From the IMG/VR virus record IMGVR_UViG_3300035182_000466, positions 96,001-160,000 of that record: a DNA stretch of 64,000 bases. One strand, 5' to 3'. Both the position numbers and the translations under genes were made by a program. This DNA comes from a virus. Numbering within the stretch: position 1 is the stretch's first letter; each line of letters opens with the position of its first letter. This document shows positions 9,990-19,863 of the stretch, piece after piece. The notes beneath the pieces are model-generated. The model ran no database searches and was not told the DNA's origin. It saw nothing but the letters and a program-made list of their open reading frames with translations.

Positions 9990-11843
9990 ATGATGATAAG
10001 AAAACCTGTAGACTTAAGTACAGTCGTTCCAAATTTTTCAGATTTTGTTGCAGCTTTACAGCAAGATCTTAGAGCACGAGACTCTTGGAAGGACCTTGTT
10101 GATGGTAGTACCGGAGAAACCTTAATAGAACATAATGCTGCTATTGGGACATTTCTACAGCAATCTTTAGAGACTGCCTTTAAAGAGTGTTTTACAGATA
10201 CAGCCTCCAGAGATAGTTCTATTTATGCAATAACTAGAATGTTGGGTATTAGAGTATCCAGAAAATTACCTGGAGTGCAAAGTTGTAACATTCAAAGATC
10301 CAATATGCTTAACTTGCCTATAAGTAATTCATTGGTTATTCCAGAATTTTCACAGTTTACTGTTGGTGATGATATTCCTTTTTATAATAGATCTACCTTG
10401 AACTTTGTAGAATCTAGTGCAACATTAAATAATGTTCTTTTATATCAAGGTAAAATTTATACTAAAAAGTATGTAAGCTCTGGAGAACCATTTCAGAGAA
10501 TAATAATTCAATCATCCTCACCAATGTCTATATCAGATATAGATATAATTGTTTATGTTGGAGATGAAAAATGGACTGTCGTTTATGATGGTTTATGGAA
10601 TTATGGAATAGATGATAAAGTTGTAGCAGATTCTACTTTAGGTACTGGTGACGTTATTCTTCAGTTTGGAAATGGCTATAATGGAGCATTACCTGCAACT
10701 AATCAAGATATAACCGTACAGTATGTAGAGACTTATGGTGCAAAATTAAGTATGATAGGTTCAGGTGCAAACGTTCAATTAAATAATCAACTTAATGGAT
10801 ACTCTATATCTGGTAATATTATACGACTACCAGATGTTACCCAAATTTTTACTACCTTAGGTGGTTTGAGTTTAACACTAAGTAGTTTAACTAATCCTAC
10901 TCCAGTAGTTTATTTACCTTCTGGAAATAGTTGGGACATAACTAATGTTGGTTTTCAATTAGAAGAGAGTAATGGAGGACTTGCTTTAATAACAGGAGTA
11001 AATGGAAATGAAGCAACCTTATCTGTAGTGTCTCCTTTTACGACAAAAAATTTATCTGCTGGATCCTGGTTTATGTCAGTACCAACTACGGGTCAAGATG
11101 AAAAACCTAGTTATTATTATAAGGTTCTATCACCTAACATGAGCAAGGCAATGGGAAGAGCTGTTACTACTCAAGACCACTCTGCTGTTATAATGCAATA
11201 CAGCGGAATAAGTGATGTTTTGGTAAGAACAGAAAAAGATATAATAAAAGCTTTGACGCAAAAAATACAGAAAAGTGCAGAGGTTATAGCTAGAGAACAG
11301 TCTCTCAATATTTATAACGGTGTGGATTACTATGAAATAGTTCCAGATATACATCCTGCACTTCAAAATGTGATATGGGTTTCATTTTTAACATCTAGTG
11401 GATTAAGTTTTAATTCACTTCAGAATACCGAATTTTTAAACTGGTTTAGATCTAAGCAATTTGATGGAACTACTATTAAACTTCAGGTTCCTACTAAAAA
11501 CATGGTAGATTTATCAATTTCTTTATATTGCAATTCTGGAAAAGATCTTCTGGTAGCACAATCATTGGCAGAGACTGCAATAAGAAAGATGTTTGCAACA
11601 GACAAGCCTATGTTGAGCAAAAAGATTGTAATGAATGATATTTATGATACTTTAAGTAATAGCCTTGATGACTTTTTAGATTATTCTTCTATAGAGGCTA
11701 AGTTAGATGGAGTAGCAACCTTTGAGTTAGTTCCAAAGAATGCAGCTATAGATGACTTCGGTTTTCCTGTACCACCTGGATACTTATATTTGCAGAATTT
11801 ATCTATAACAGCCAAAACTACAGATAGAAGAAGTAAAAGGTAG
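9990..11843 (+). CDS. baseplate wedge protein (T4 gp6 / baseplate J-like)
   Basis: TASRDSSIYAITRMLG, LQFGNGYNGALP, RAVTTQDH motifs; follows gp25. Confidence 0.85.
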   Translation: MMIRKPVDLSTVVPNFSDFVAALQQDLRARDSWKDLVDGSTGETLIEHNAAIGTFLQQSLETAFKECFTDTASRDSSIYAITRMLGIRVSRKLPGVQSCNIQRSNMLNLPISNSLVIPEFSQFTVGDDIPFYNRSTLNFVESSATLNNVLLYQGKIYTKKYVSSGEPFQRIIIQSSSPMSISDIDIIVYVGDEKWTVVYDGLWNYGIDDKVVADSTLGTGDVILQFGNGYNGALPATNQDITVQYVETYGAKLSMIGSGANVQLNNQLNGYSISGNIIRLPDVTQIFTTLGGLSLTLSSLTNPTPVVYLPSGNSWDITNVGFQLEESNGGLALITGVNGNEATLSVVSPFTTKNLSAGSWFMSVPTTGQDEKPSYYYKVLSPNMSKAMGRAVTTQDHSAVIMQYSGISDVLVRTEKDIIKALTQKIQKSAEVIAREQSLNIYNGVDYYEIVPDIHPALQNVIWVSFLTSSGLSFNSLQNTEFLNWFRSKQFDGTTIKLQVPTKNMVDLSISLYCNSGKDLLVAQSLAETAIRKMFATDKPMLSKKIVMNDIYDTLSNSLDDFLDYSSIEAKLDGVATFELVPKNAAIDDFGFPVPPGYLYLQNLSITAKTTDRRSKR

Positions 11844-11849
11844 GATGTT

Positions 11850-14018
11850 ATGATTCCGACTAAAGCTAGCAATTGGGAATATATCTATTTAGATACTAAT
11901 ACTAACTTGTATGTTCCACATTACTATAACATAACTGATAGAGTAATGTTTGAAGATAATGAGTACATAGCTCAAGTAAGTCATTATGCTACTAGTTCTT
12001 TCACGCAAGACTACTTAAATGGATATTGGAAACGTTGGAATCTTATAAAGACTAGAGAATGGCTTCCAGGAACAATTTATGCATCAGGAGATAAAATTAA
12101 GTATGGTCATATAACATATATATGTAAATATGGTCATTTATCTCAAGACTTATTTAGTAAAGATCTTAGTGTAAATTTAGATAACTTAAACTTCGATTTT
12201 TTATATAAGAGAAATGATTATAACAAAGTTTCAAAATCTTTTCCTTGGGCAGGCATAAAAGTATATACCAAAGATGAATTAGTAATAGATAGAGATATAA
12301 CATATAAGTGTTTACAAGATCACACAGTCAACACTCTTGCTGACATATATTCAACTAGACCTTTATATGGTGTAAATTGGAAAAGCTATTGGACTTTTAC
12401 TATTGAAGAACCTAAAGATTTAAACACTCGTTGGGCGCAAGGTCGTATCTTTAATATTAATGATCTGGTAGAAAATAATGGTAAGTTATATCTTTGTAAG
12501 AGCGCCTATAATGGATTATCTCCTGAGTATATAGATAATAATGAACCTGGAATGGGTTCTACTTGGAAAGATTTTTGGGATGAATTTGTACTATGGGATG
12601 TAGAACTAACCAGATGTGATTATGTCAACTGGATGAGTGATGTACCATTTCTTCGTGATTATTTAGAAGTTATTGATCTATTGCAAATAACTAATATAGA
12701 TCATCCAATAGTCAAATTGACAAAATTGAGATCATTAGATACAGAAACAGAGCAGGAGATATTAAAACTAACCACTAGCTTTTTAGGTTTTTCTTTCCTA
12801 GCCGAGTCTTCTTTAATAGATCCATCCTCATATTATCAATACATAAATTATTTGTCTATGTATAAGAGTGAGTCTGGAACTGAATCTTACTTAAAATTTT
12901 TAAACTTTATAGTAAGACATGATTTAGATATACCTTCAAACGATACTCCTCTATCTCAGTATATAGATAAAACTACAAAAGTTCCACTTTGGAAAATTAA
13001 AGAACTATATACTCATAATTATAAATCTTTTTGGACTAAAGAAGAAGTTATTTGTAAGTTAGGACTGAGCAAAAAATACTTTAAAACTACTTTCTTTAGA
13101 TCTAATGGACAAACAGTATATAATATGTTTGAAACAGTTGAATATATGGGTTGGGTTTGGAGTAGTCTTGTTGATAATAATGAAGACTTACCTACTTTAA
13201 CTTCTCCTTATTGGACCAGAGTTTCTGCTCTACCTGAATCTGAATTTGTAGATAGTTCATTACTTTCAAATTTTGATGATAGTGAGGTTTTGTATTTAAA
13301 TTTTCCTATGACATTTAGAGGAACTTGGTTCAAGCTAGAGTCTTATTATTTGAATGATACAGTAATATATAATGGTAAAATATGGAACTGTATTAAAGCT
13401 GGTGCTAAAGGATATATACCTTATGATGGAAGTTCTTACTGGAGTAAGGTTTCAGATATAAATCTTTTTGAAGTGTATAATAGTTATAAAACATACTATG
13501 TAGATGATAAAGTAATGTACAACAATGAAATTTGGCAGTGTACTAAAGCCAGAATAAAAGGTCAAGAACCATCTGACTCCAGTAGTTCTTGGAACAAGCT
13601 CTCTGACTCCAGTTCTGTAGCTAGTTCTGAATTTAAGAATTATGGTTATTATAGAACCAATAGAGTATATTTATATAGATCTGATGATATGCGTAAGATG
13701 GGTTCTGACTTAGAAAAGTATCCTGAATATGCAGGTATAACTAAAATATTTTATGAATTATCAATTGCAGCTAAAGTAATTTATATAAAGGAGATTGGAT
13801 ATGATTATGTATTATCTAACTTACCAAGACTTGTTCAGATAAATCCAGATAATAGTGAATTTGAAGAAGCTCACTATATACCATTTATTTGTAATAAAAA
13901 AATTACATATCCTACACCTGTAAGAGTAGGCAATTGGGTACCAGATGACCTTAGATCTTGTGTAACTTGTCCACAAAAATTATTTACACCTAATATTACC
14001 GAAAGTCAACAACTGTAA
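11850..14018 (+). CDS. baseplate wedge (gp7/tail protein I-like) with carbohydrate-binding-module-like repeats
   Basis: repeated W..G..Y..D.V.Y.G..Y.C (CBM5/12-like) units around a core with YKSESGTE; position after gp6-like gene. Confidence 0.6.
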   Translation: MIPTKASNWEYIYLDTNTNLYVPHYYNITDRVMFEDNEYIAQVSHYATSSFTQDYLNGYWKRWNLIKTREWLPGTIYASGDKIKYGHITYICKYGHLSQDLFSKDLSVNLDNLNFDFLYKRNDYNKVSKSFPWAGIKVYTKDELVIDRDITYKCLQDHTVNTLADIYSTRPLYGVNWKSYWTFTIEEPKDLNTRWAQGRIFNINDLVENNGKLYLCKSAYNGLSPEYIDNNEPGMGSTWKDFWDEFVLWDVELTRCDYVNWMSDVPFLRDYLEVIDLLQITNIDHPIVKLTKLRSLDTETEQEILKLTTSFLGFSFLAESSLIDPSSYYQYINYLSMYKSESGTESYLKFLNFIVRHDLDIPSNDTPLSQYIDKTTKVPLWKIKELYTHNYKSFWTKEEVICKLGLSKKYFKTTFFRSNGQTVYNMFETVEYMGWVWSSLVDNNEDLPTLTSPYWTRVSALPESEFVDSSLLSNFDDSEVLYLNFPMTFRGTWFKLESYYLNDTVIYNGKIWNCIKAGAKGYIPYDGSSYWSKVSDINLFEVYNSYKTYYVDDKVMYNNEIWQCTKARIKGQEPSDSSSSWNKLSDSSSVASSEFKNYGYYRTNRVYLYRSDDMRKMGSDLEKYPEYAGITKIFYELSIAAKVIYIKEIGYDYVLSNLPRLVQINPDNSEFEEAHYIPFICNKKITYPTPVRVGNWVPDDLRSCVTCPQKLFTPNITESQQL

Positions 14019-14023
14019 ATATA
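14012..14023 (+). promoter_or_regulatory. candidate phage promoter ACTGTAAATATA
   Basis: identical 12-mer at 61713-61724 (-) and 10-mer at 48764-48773 (-), each at a gene boundary; resembles T4 late TATAAATA. Confidence 0.4.
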
Positions 14024-14048
14024 ATATAATATAATAGGAGGTTTTACT

Positions 14049-16613
14049 ATGGCTACAATGCAAATAACTAAAGTCGGTTATGAGCAAATAACCGATGCAC
14101 TACAAAGTGGTTATACTTTAAAGATTACTAAAGTTAAATTTGGTACTGGATCAGATTATGTTCCAACAGCAGGAGATGTTGAACTTCATGGTCATATTCT
14201 ATATGAAGGCCCAATTAGTAATGTGGATGTAGTAAATGATGATATAATTGATTTTCTTTGTATTTGCCCTGAGAACTTAGGTGTAGACACAGTCACTATT
14301 GGTGAAGTTGGATTATATATAGAAAATACTGATGGAACCGATACTCTATTTGCATTAGCTTGTTATCCTTATCCTTTCAGTAAAGCACCAAATATGCGGT
14401 ATAAAACACACTGCTTAGTTTTGAATCCATATATAAGCAATGCAGTAGATTTAACTTTAACTTGGACTATGAGTTTACCACGAGTTAATTATTATGGAGA
14501 TTTACCTAATCCGGAAAGAACTGGAGATAATGCTTATATAGTAAACCACGGATTTACAGATAGTGGTGTTTTAAAACCTTCTTTAGTTACACGATACGCA
14601 ATGTCTGATACAGGCCCACTAGCGTGGGGGCTCTTAAATGGAGATTTATATTATGATGGCTATGTTACTCCAGTTGAAGGGGATCCAGCCAGTTTTAAAT
14701 TAGCTGGTTTACCATTGTCTAACTTTCCTGCCATAAATATTAAATTTGCTTTTGTTTATGTTTGTGAAGGTACAGGAAGAACTCAGTGTAGAGCATTATC
14801 TTATAATGCATCACTAGATTGCTTTACTACTTTGTATGAAGACTTTTCCTTAACTGTTAAGGGATCTGGAACTCCTTCCTATGAAGGAGCTTGTAATACA
14901 GGTAACACTGCAGGTACTGTGTTGCATATAACTAATCTAGATTCAAGCTCAAGAGTATTGATTTGGACAGCGGTAAGGATGGAAGCTACTGGTCTTGTTT
15001 TTAGAGGTCGTTGGGATGCAGCAGCAGGATATCCATCTAGTCCTATTCCAGGATCATACTGGGTAGTATCTGGTAATGGTATTATAAATGGAACCTGTTA
15101 TCAAGTTGGAGACTGGATGGTATTTTCTGGTGATGAACAGTGGGATAAGATTGATAACACTGAACTACCTTACTTACTATATCGTGGTGATTGGGATGCT
15201 TCTACCGGTCAAGCTCCACCGCCACAACCAATACAATATTATTGGCAGAATATTCGTCAAGGACATTATTGGGTAATAAGTACTGCTGGAGTTATAGCAG
15301 GAGTATGGTTTGATGTTGATGATTGGATAGTATGGAATGGAACAAAGTGGCAAAAAGTAGATAATAAAGGTGGTCTAAAATTTAGAGGGTATCATGCTAT
15401 AGTATCTGATAATCATGTGCCTACTGTTTTAACTGATGGTGACTATTGGATTGTGTCCCAAAAAGGAACTATTAATGGTATTCGTTATGATGTTAAAGAT
15501 ATCCTAGTATGGACAGGTTCAACCTTTATGCGGTTGATAAATCAAGAAGGCTTAGTTTATCAAGGTCTTTATGACCCAAGCATAACTGGTGAATATCCAG
15601 TGCCTTTCAAATCTGGTGATCTTTGGATTGTTAAAAAGAATGGTGAAGTAACTAATCAAGATGATCCTACAGTTAAAGATAACTTATATGTAGATGATTT
15701 TTTAGTAGCTATTCCAACTACTAGTACTACTTTTACCTGTGATACTAATAGTAATAGTACCATTTTAAATACTACTGGTAATATGCGTTGGAAAGTAATT
15801 TCAGCAGGAGGATTAACCTATCGTGGTACTCATGATGCATCTACTGGTATTATGCCAATTCCCCTGCATAAAGGAGACTATTGGGTTATTACTAATCCAG
15901 GTTATTTAAATGGTGTATATTATGAAACAAATGATTGGATTACATTTAATGGATCTTCTTTTAATAAAGTTAGTAATAGAGAAGGTCTTAAATATCAAGG
16001 ACTGTGGGAAATTGGTACCAACGGATCTGTACCTCCAACTCATCCAGTAGAAGGTGACTTTTGGATTGTTAGCTCTCCTGGATCTGTACAAGGCACTGGA
16101 TATAGTATAGGTGATTGGTTAGTTTGGACAAATTCTGGATGGACTAACGTTGATAATAGACCTGGATTCTATTATAGAGGAGACTGGAATCCAACTTCAG
16201 GAACAAATCCAGTTGCATTAAAAGAAGGCGATTTGTATCGTATTAACGCTGCTGGTACATTCAATGGCGAGCATGTAGCTCCTGGAGACTTCATTGTTTG
16301 GACAACAGCAGGATGGCTCCTGATCTTAGGAACTCTTGACCGTATAGATATTCCTAGATATAACATAACCACTAATGATTACATGCTCCGTGAGTATGAA
16401 TATGCAGATGCTTCTACTGGTAAAGTATATAACTCAGCTAAAAACCTTAAGATAGGATTTGCATTAGAGATTTTATTTAAAGATAGAACTAATCCAGTGT
16501 ATGTACCATATCTTGAACAATTGAACGAATTAGAGTTTTGTGGTTGTACTTGTACTTGTACTTGCCAATGTACGGCACCTTGTAACTGTTGTAAAGGCGC
16601 AGGTCCAGTTTAA
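14049..16613 (+). CDS. tail fibre: collar-type N-terminus, seven ~60-aa repeats, Cys-rich C-terminal tail
   Basis: ITKVG..KITKVKFG..IGEVGLY..LFALA tail-collar-fibre N-domain; seven G.Y.G.WD..GD.W.V..G..GDW.VW repeats; ends CGCTCTCTCQCTAPCNCCKGAGPV. Confidence 0.8.
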   Translation: MATMQITKVGYEQITDALQSGYTLKITKVKFGTGSDYVPTAGDVELHGHILYEGPISNVDVVNDDIIDFLCICPENLGVDTVTIGEVGLYIENTDGTDTLFALACYPYPFSKAPNMRYKTHCLVLNPYISNAVDLTLTWTMSLPRVNYYGDLPNPERTGDNAYIVNHGFTDSGVLKPSLVTRYAMSDTGPLAWGLLNGDLYYDGYVTPVEGDPASFKLAGLPLSNFPAINIKFAFVYVCEGTGRTQCRALSYNASLDCFTTLYEDFSLTVKGSGTPSYEGACNTGNTAGTVLHITNLDSSSRVLIWTAVRMEATGLVFRGRWDAAAGYPSSPIPGSYWVVSGNGIINGTCYQVGDWMVFSGDEQWDKIDNTELPYLLYRGDWDASTGQAPPPQPIQYYWQNIRQGHYWVISTAGVIAGVWFDVDDWIVWNGTKWQKVDNKGGLKFRGYHAIVSDNHVPTVLTDGDYWIVSQKGTINGIRYDVKDILVWTGSTFMRLINQEGLVYQGLYDPSITGEYPVPFKSGDLWIVKKNGEVTNQDDPTVKDNLYVDDFLVAIPTTSTTFTCDTNSNSTILNTTGNMRWKVISAGGLTYRGTHDASTGIMPIPLHKGDYWVITNPGYLNGVYYETNDWITFNGSSFNKVSNREGLKYQGLWEIGTNGSVPPTHPVEGDFWIVSSPGSVQGTGYSIGDWLVWTNSGWTNVDNRPGFYYRGDWNPTSGTNPVALKEGDLYRINAAGTFNGEHVAPGDFIVWTTAGWLLILGTLDRIDIPRYNITTNDYMLREYEYADASTGKVYNSAKNLKIGFALEILFKDRTNPVYVPYLEQLNELEFCGCTCTCTCQCTAPCNCCKGAGPV

Positions 16614-16630
16614 ATTAAAGTGAGGATAAT

Positions 16631-17368
16631 ATGTCAAGAGTATATTTTTGTGTTAAAAACAGTTATTCTTCTACCACTCCTAAACCTGCGAATATTACGT
16701 CTGTAGGAGATGTAACTATAACAGTATCTAATTCAAACATAATAATAAATCAACCCGATGTTCTTATAGACTCAGATAGAGATATACATTTAATAGTTGC
16801 TTCAGATTTTACATTTAATACTCCTGGTCTAGTTCAGACTTCGCATGTTTTTGGTTCAAAGGATTATTTTGATAAAGTACAGGTTTATTATTATAATAAT
16901 ACCTATTTCTATTATTTTGAAAGTGTAGAACATTACTGTGCCGTATATGAGCGTCACTTTTCTACAGTTTATTTTAGACATGATCCTACTAAAATATTCT
17001 GTGAAGTAACATCTAATGCGATAGCTATTCAAGGAGCAGGTAAATTTGTTTTTCTAATCAGAGGTCTTTTTGTTTCAGAAAATGTAGTTACCTTGAAAAT
17101 GCAAGATGAAGAAAAAACTGAAATACCAATATCTTTAATATCAGATAGTAATACACAAACTACGTTAAACTCTATAAATACTTCTTTCAATACGTTAGAA
17201 AATGGTACTATAGTAGATTCCTTTATTCAAAGTCGTGGATTCTTTTTAGAGCTAGACCCCGATGTTTTAAAAGGTGAAGGTTATCTAATAATAGAGAATG
17301 AATTACCTACAAGTTTTGCAATAACCGGTGTATCTAAGACTAGAAGTAAAATGATGTTCTTTATTTAA
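16631..17368 (+). CDS. hypothetical protein between tail fibre and radical SAM cluster
   Basis: 245-aa ORF with RBS (gagg); no recognisable motif. Confidence 0.6.
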   Translation: MSRVYFCVKNSYSSTTPKPANITSVGDVTITVSNSNIIINQPDVLIDSDRDIHLIVASDFTFNTPGLVQTSHVFGSKDYFDKVQVYYYNNTYFYYFESVEHYCAVYERHFSTVYFRHDPTKIFCEVTSNAIAIQGAGKFVFLIRGLFVSENVVTLKMQDEEKTEIPISLISDSNTQTTLNSINTSFNTLENGTIVDSFIQSRGFFLELDPDVLKGEGYLIIENELPTSFAITGVSKTRSKMMFFI

Positions 17369-17402
17369 AATAATAACTGATTACTGGTAAAGGAAAAATA
17401 AA

Positions 17403-18767
17403 ATGATAACTAAACATGATTTAGAAGATGATATTTTAACCTTTTCTAAAGATAGGTCTTTTAGGTATTTTAAAACAAAAGGCGGATTATTAGTAAAGAG
17501 CTTTCTTAATACAAATAGATACTATATAGAAAGTGCTGATGATGATTTACCTATTGCCTCTGTTTGTTTTGGAGAAGAAATATTTACTAATGATGAATTA
17601 GATCAACTATATGATATTATAAATCAAGATAAAAAACAGTTACGCCAAGATATATTTAGTTTAGGAATATTCAATTCTACCTGTAATGTTAGTTGTGAAT
17701 ATTGTACTAATGGCGATAGAACTAAAATGCTCCAGAAGCTACCAAGTATAGAACAACTACAAGAGGTCTTTAATACTTATAACATCAAATATGTAAGTGT
17801 AGCTGGAGGAGAACCATTAGTAGAATGGCCCCAACTAAAAAATATTCTGACATTTTTAGATGAACAACCTGGTATAAAAACAATGGAAATCTTATCAAAT
17901 GGAAGATTACTTAAGCCTGAGATACTTGAGTTTATATCTAGTTTAACACGAGACGTTAAGTTATTTTTAACTGTTACTACAAAAGAAGACTCAAAAGATC
18001 ACATGAATATACAAGAGCTTTATGAGTTATATCCGAAGTTGGTAGGACACCCTGTTGAAATAAATATTGTTATAGACCACTATAAATTTGATGTAGATAG
18101 ATTTTTATCTTTAATTGTAGAAATGGTTAAAAAAGGAAATTTTGGAGTAACCTTAAATGCAATACGCAGAGAAGACGCAACAGAAGAAGGACTATTGCAA
18201 TTAATAAATAATGTAAAAGCAATGATCCGAAGTCCTCATATTCGTGATTTGTCTTGCCCCGAAGACGATAATCCAACAACACCTTTTTATTATGCAACCG
18301 GAAGTTGTAGTAGTGGGATGATTTGTGCTTCATCTAAAGGTTATTCCTTTTGTTTGGCCTCTATGCCACAATATATAGAACAAACTGTAGAAGGTGTAAA
18401 GAATATAAGATATATGCAGTCTAAGCATGGATGTGAATCTTGTGATGCTTATTTTGATGATGTCTTATGTAAGAATAATATTTTCTCTGGTAGTTGTTAT
18501 AAACTAGAAAGATTCAACTGTTTAACTTGTCCTAATTTATGCCAATGCCAATATCAGAAGTGTTATTATCTTTCAGTGAAAAAAATAACAAATCCAGTTG
18601 CAGATTATAATAGAGACTTAAGATGTATAGCTTATGTTTTAATTTTCAATCTTATTGACTATATAAAACATCAACATATAGATTATTCTGATAGTAATAG
18701 TGTGTATAAAATAGACTCAAATAAAATACCGGAGAAATTAGTAAATGAATATTTTTCTACTAAATAA
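17403..18767 (+). CDS. radical SAM protein with Cys-rich SPASM-like C-terminus
   Basis: CNVSCEYC (CxxxCxxC), GGEP, SNG; many C-terminal Cys (CESC, CLTC..CQC..C). Confidence 0.9.
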   Translation: MITKHDLEDDILTFSKDRSFRYFKTKGGLLVKSFLNTNRYYIESADDDLPIASVCFGEEIFTNDELDQLYDIINQDKKQLRQDIFSLGIFNSTCNVSCEYCTNGDRTKMLQKLPSIEQLQEVFNTYNIKYVSVAGGEPLVEWPQLKNILTFLDEQPGIKTMEILSNGRLLKPEILEFISSLTRDVKLFLTVTTKEDSKDHMNIQELYELYPKLVGHPVEINIVIDHYKFDVDRFLSLIVEMVKKGNFGVTLNAIRREDATEEGLLQLINNVKAMIRSPHIRDLSCPEDDNPTTPFYYATGSCSSGMICASSKGYSFCLASMPQYIEQTVEGVKNIRYMQSKHGCESCDAYFDDVLCKNNIFSGSCYKLERFNCLTCPNLCQCQYQKCYYLSVKKITNPVADYNRDLRCIAYVLIFNLIDYIKHQHIDYSDSNSVYKIDSNKIPEKLVNEYFSTK

Positions 18768-19863
18768 ACATCACACTTGCTACCTATCAAATTCTGAGTT
18801 AAACTTTCTTAGGTTCTGTGCAGAGAAGCTTAAAGGTCTTGAATATGTAGAACAACCAGAGCTAGCAGATTTAATTGTTTATTCCGGATGTTCTGTTTCT
18901 GACGATTATATCATGAGGAATAATAAAGAGCTGGATAAACTTATAGCGCTATATCCAGAAAAGAAATTTATGTTATTTGGATGTGCTGCACCTTATGGTG
19001 AGCACTCAAATGTAATTAGTATTGTACATCTAGAACATTCTAAATTAGATGATCTCTTTAATTTACCTTCTGGTTCAATAAAGCAACTTCACTCTTATTA
19101 TTTCACCTATGAGAAAATTTTTGAAGATCAGAAAGCTATTTTTATATCTAGTGGTTGTGCTAGTAATTGTACTTATTGTAATATTAAGTTATCTAGACCT
19201 AAATTAAAATCAATGCCTTTAGAAGATATTCTTGAAAGAGTGAATCAGTTTTATGCAACTAATCATCATTATGTCTTATGCTCAGATGACTGTGGTTCAT
19301 ATGGATTAGATATAGGGACTAATTTTGCAGTTTTACTAGAAACTTTAGTTTTAAATTTTCCTGATATACTTATAAATATAAAGTGGGTTAATCCACAATG
19401 GTTTATAAAGTATTATGATGTTATAAAGAAATATGTGGATACAGGTAATGTTATAGGTATAGAATGTCCTATTCAGTCAGGATCAGATAGAATATTAAAG
19501 TTAATGAATCGTCCATATACTGTAGAAGAAGTCATTGATAAATGGACCAAGATAAAAGGAAAGTTACTATCTTCTAAAGGTACAGTCATAGTAAACTTTC
19601 CTGGAGAAACTTGGGAAGAATTTTTAGCTTCTATGTCTTTACGTAAACATTATGAAATTTTTATAGTATATATTTTCAAACTAAACAAAAATACAGCTAG
19701 TGCAAATCTTCCAGATAGACGAACAGAGGAGGATGCTAAGAGACGACTTGAATATCTAAAAGAACATTATCCAGACATATACTATGGTGGAGATCTTATA
19801 GATAATAACTTAGACCGCTGTATAGACAAACCTTATATGGTAGATAACTTAGAATATGATTGA
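18745..19863 (+). CDS. MiaB/RimO-like radical SAM methylthiotransferase lacking TRAM domain
   Basis: N-domain Cys (TCYLSNSE, SGCSV, FGC), GCASNCTYC, PIQSGSDRILKLMNRPYT, FPGET. Confidence 0.85.
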   Translation: MNIFLLNKHHTCYLSNSELNFLRFCAEKLKGLEYVEQPELADLIVYSGCSVSDDYIMRNNKELDKLIALYPEKKFMLFGCAAPYGEHSNVISIVHLEHSKLDDLFNLPSGSIKQLHSYYFTYEKIFEDQKAIFISSGCASNCTYCNIKLSRPKLKSMPLEDILERVNQFYATNHHYVLCSDDCGSYGLDIGTNFAVLLETLVLNFPDILINIKWVNPQWFIKYYDVIKKYVDTGNVIGIECPIQSGSDRILKLMNRPYTVEEVIDKWTKIKGKLLSSKGTVIVNFPGETWEEFLASMSLRKHYEIFIVYIFKLNKNTASANLPDRRTEEDAKRRLEYLKEHYPDIYYGGDLIDNNLDRCIDKPYMVDNLEYD

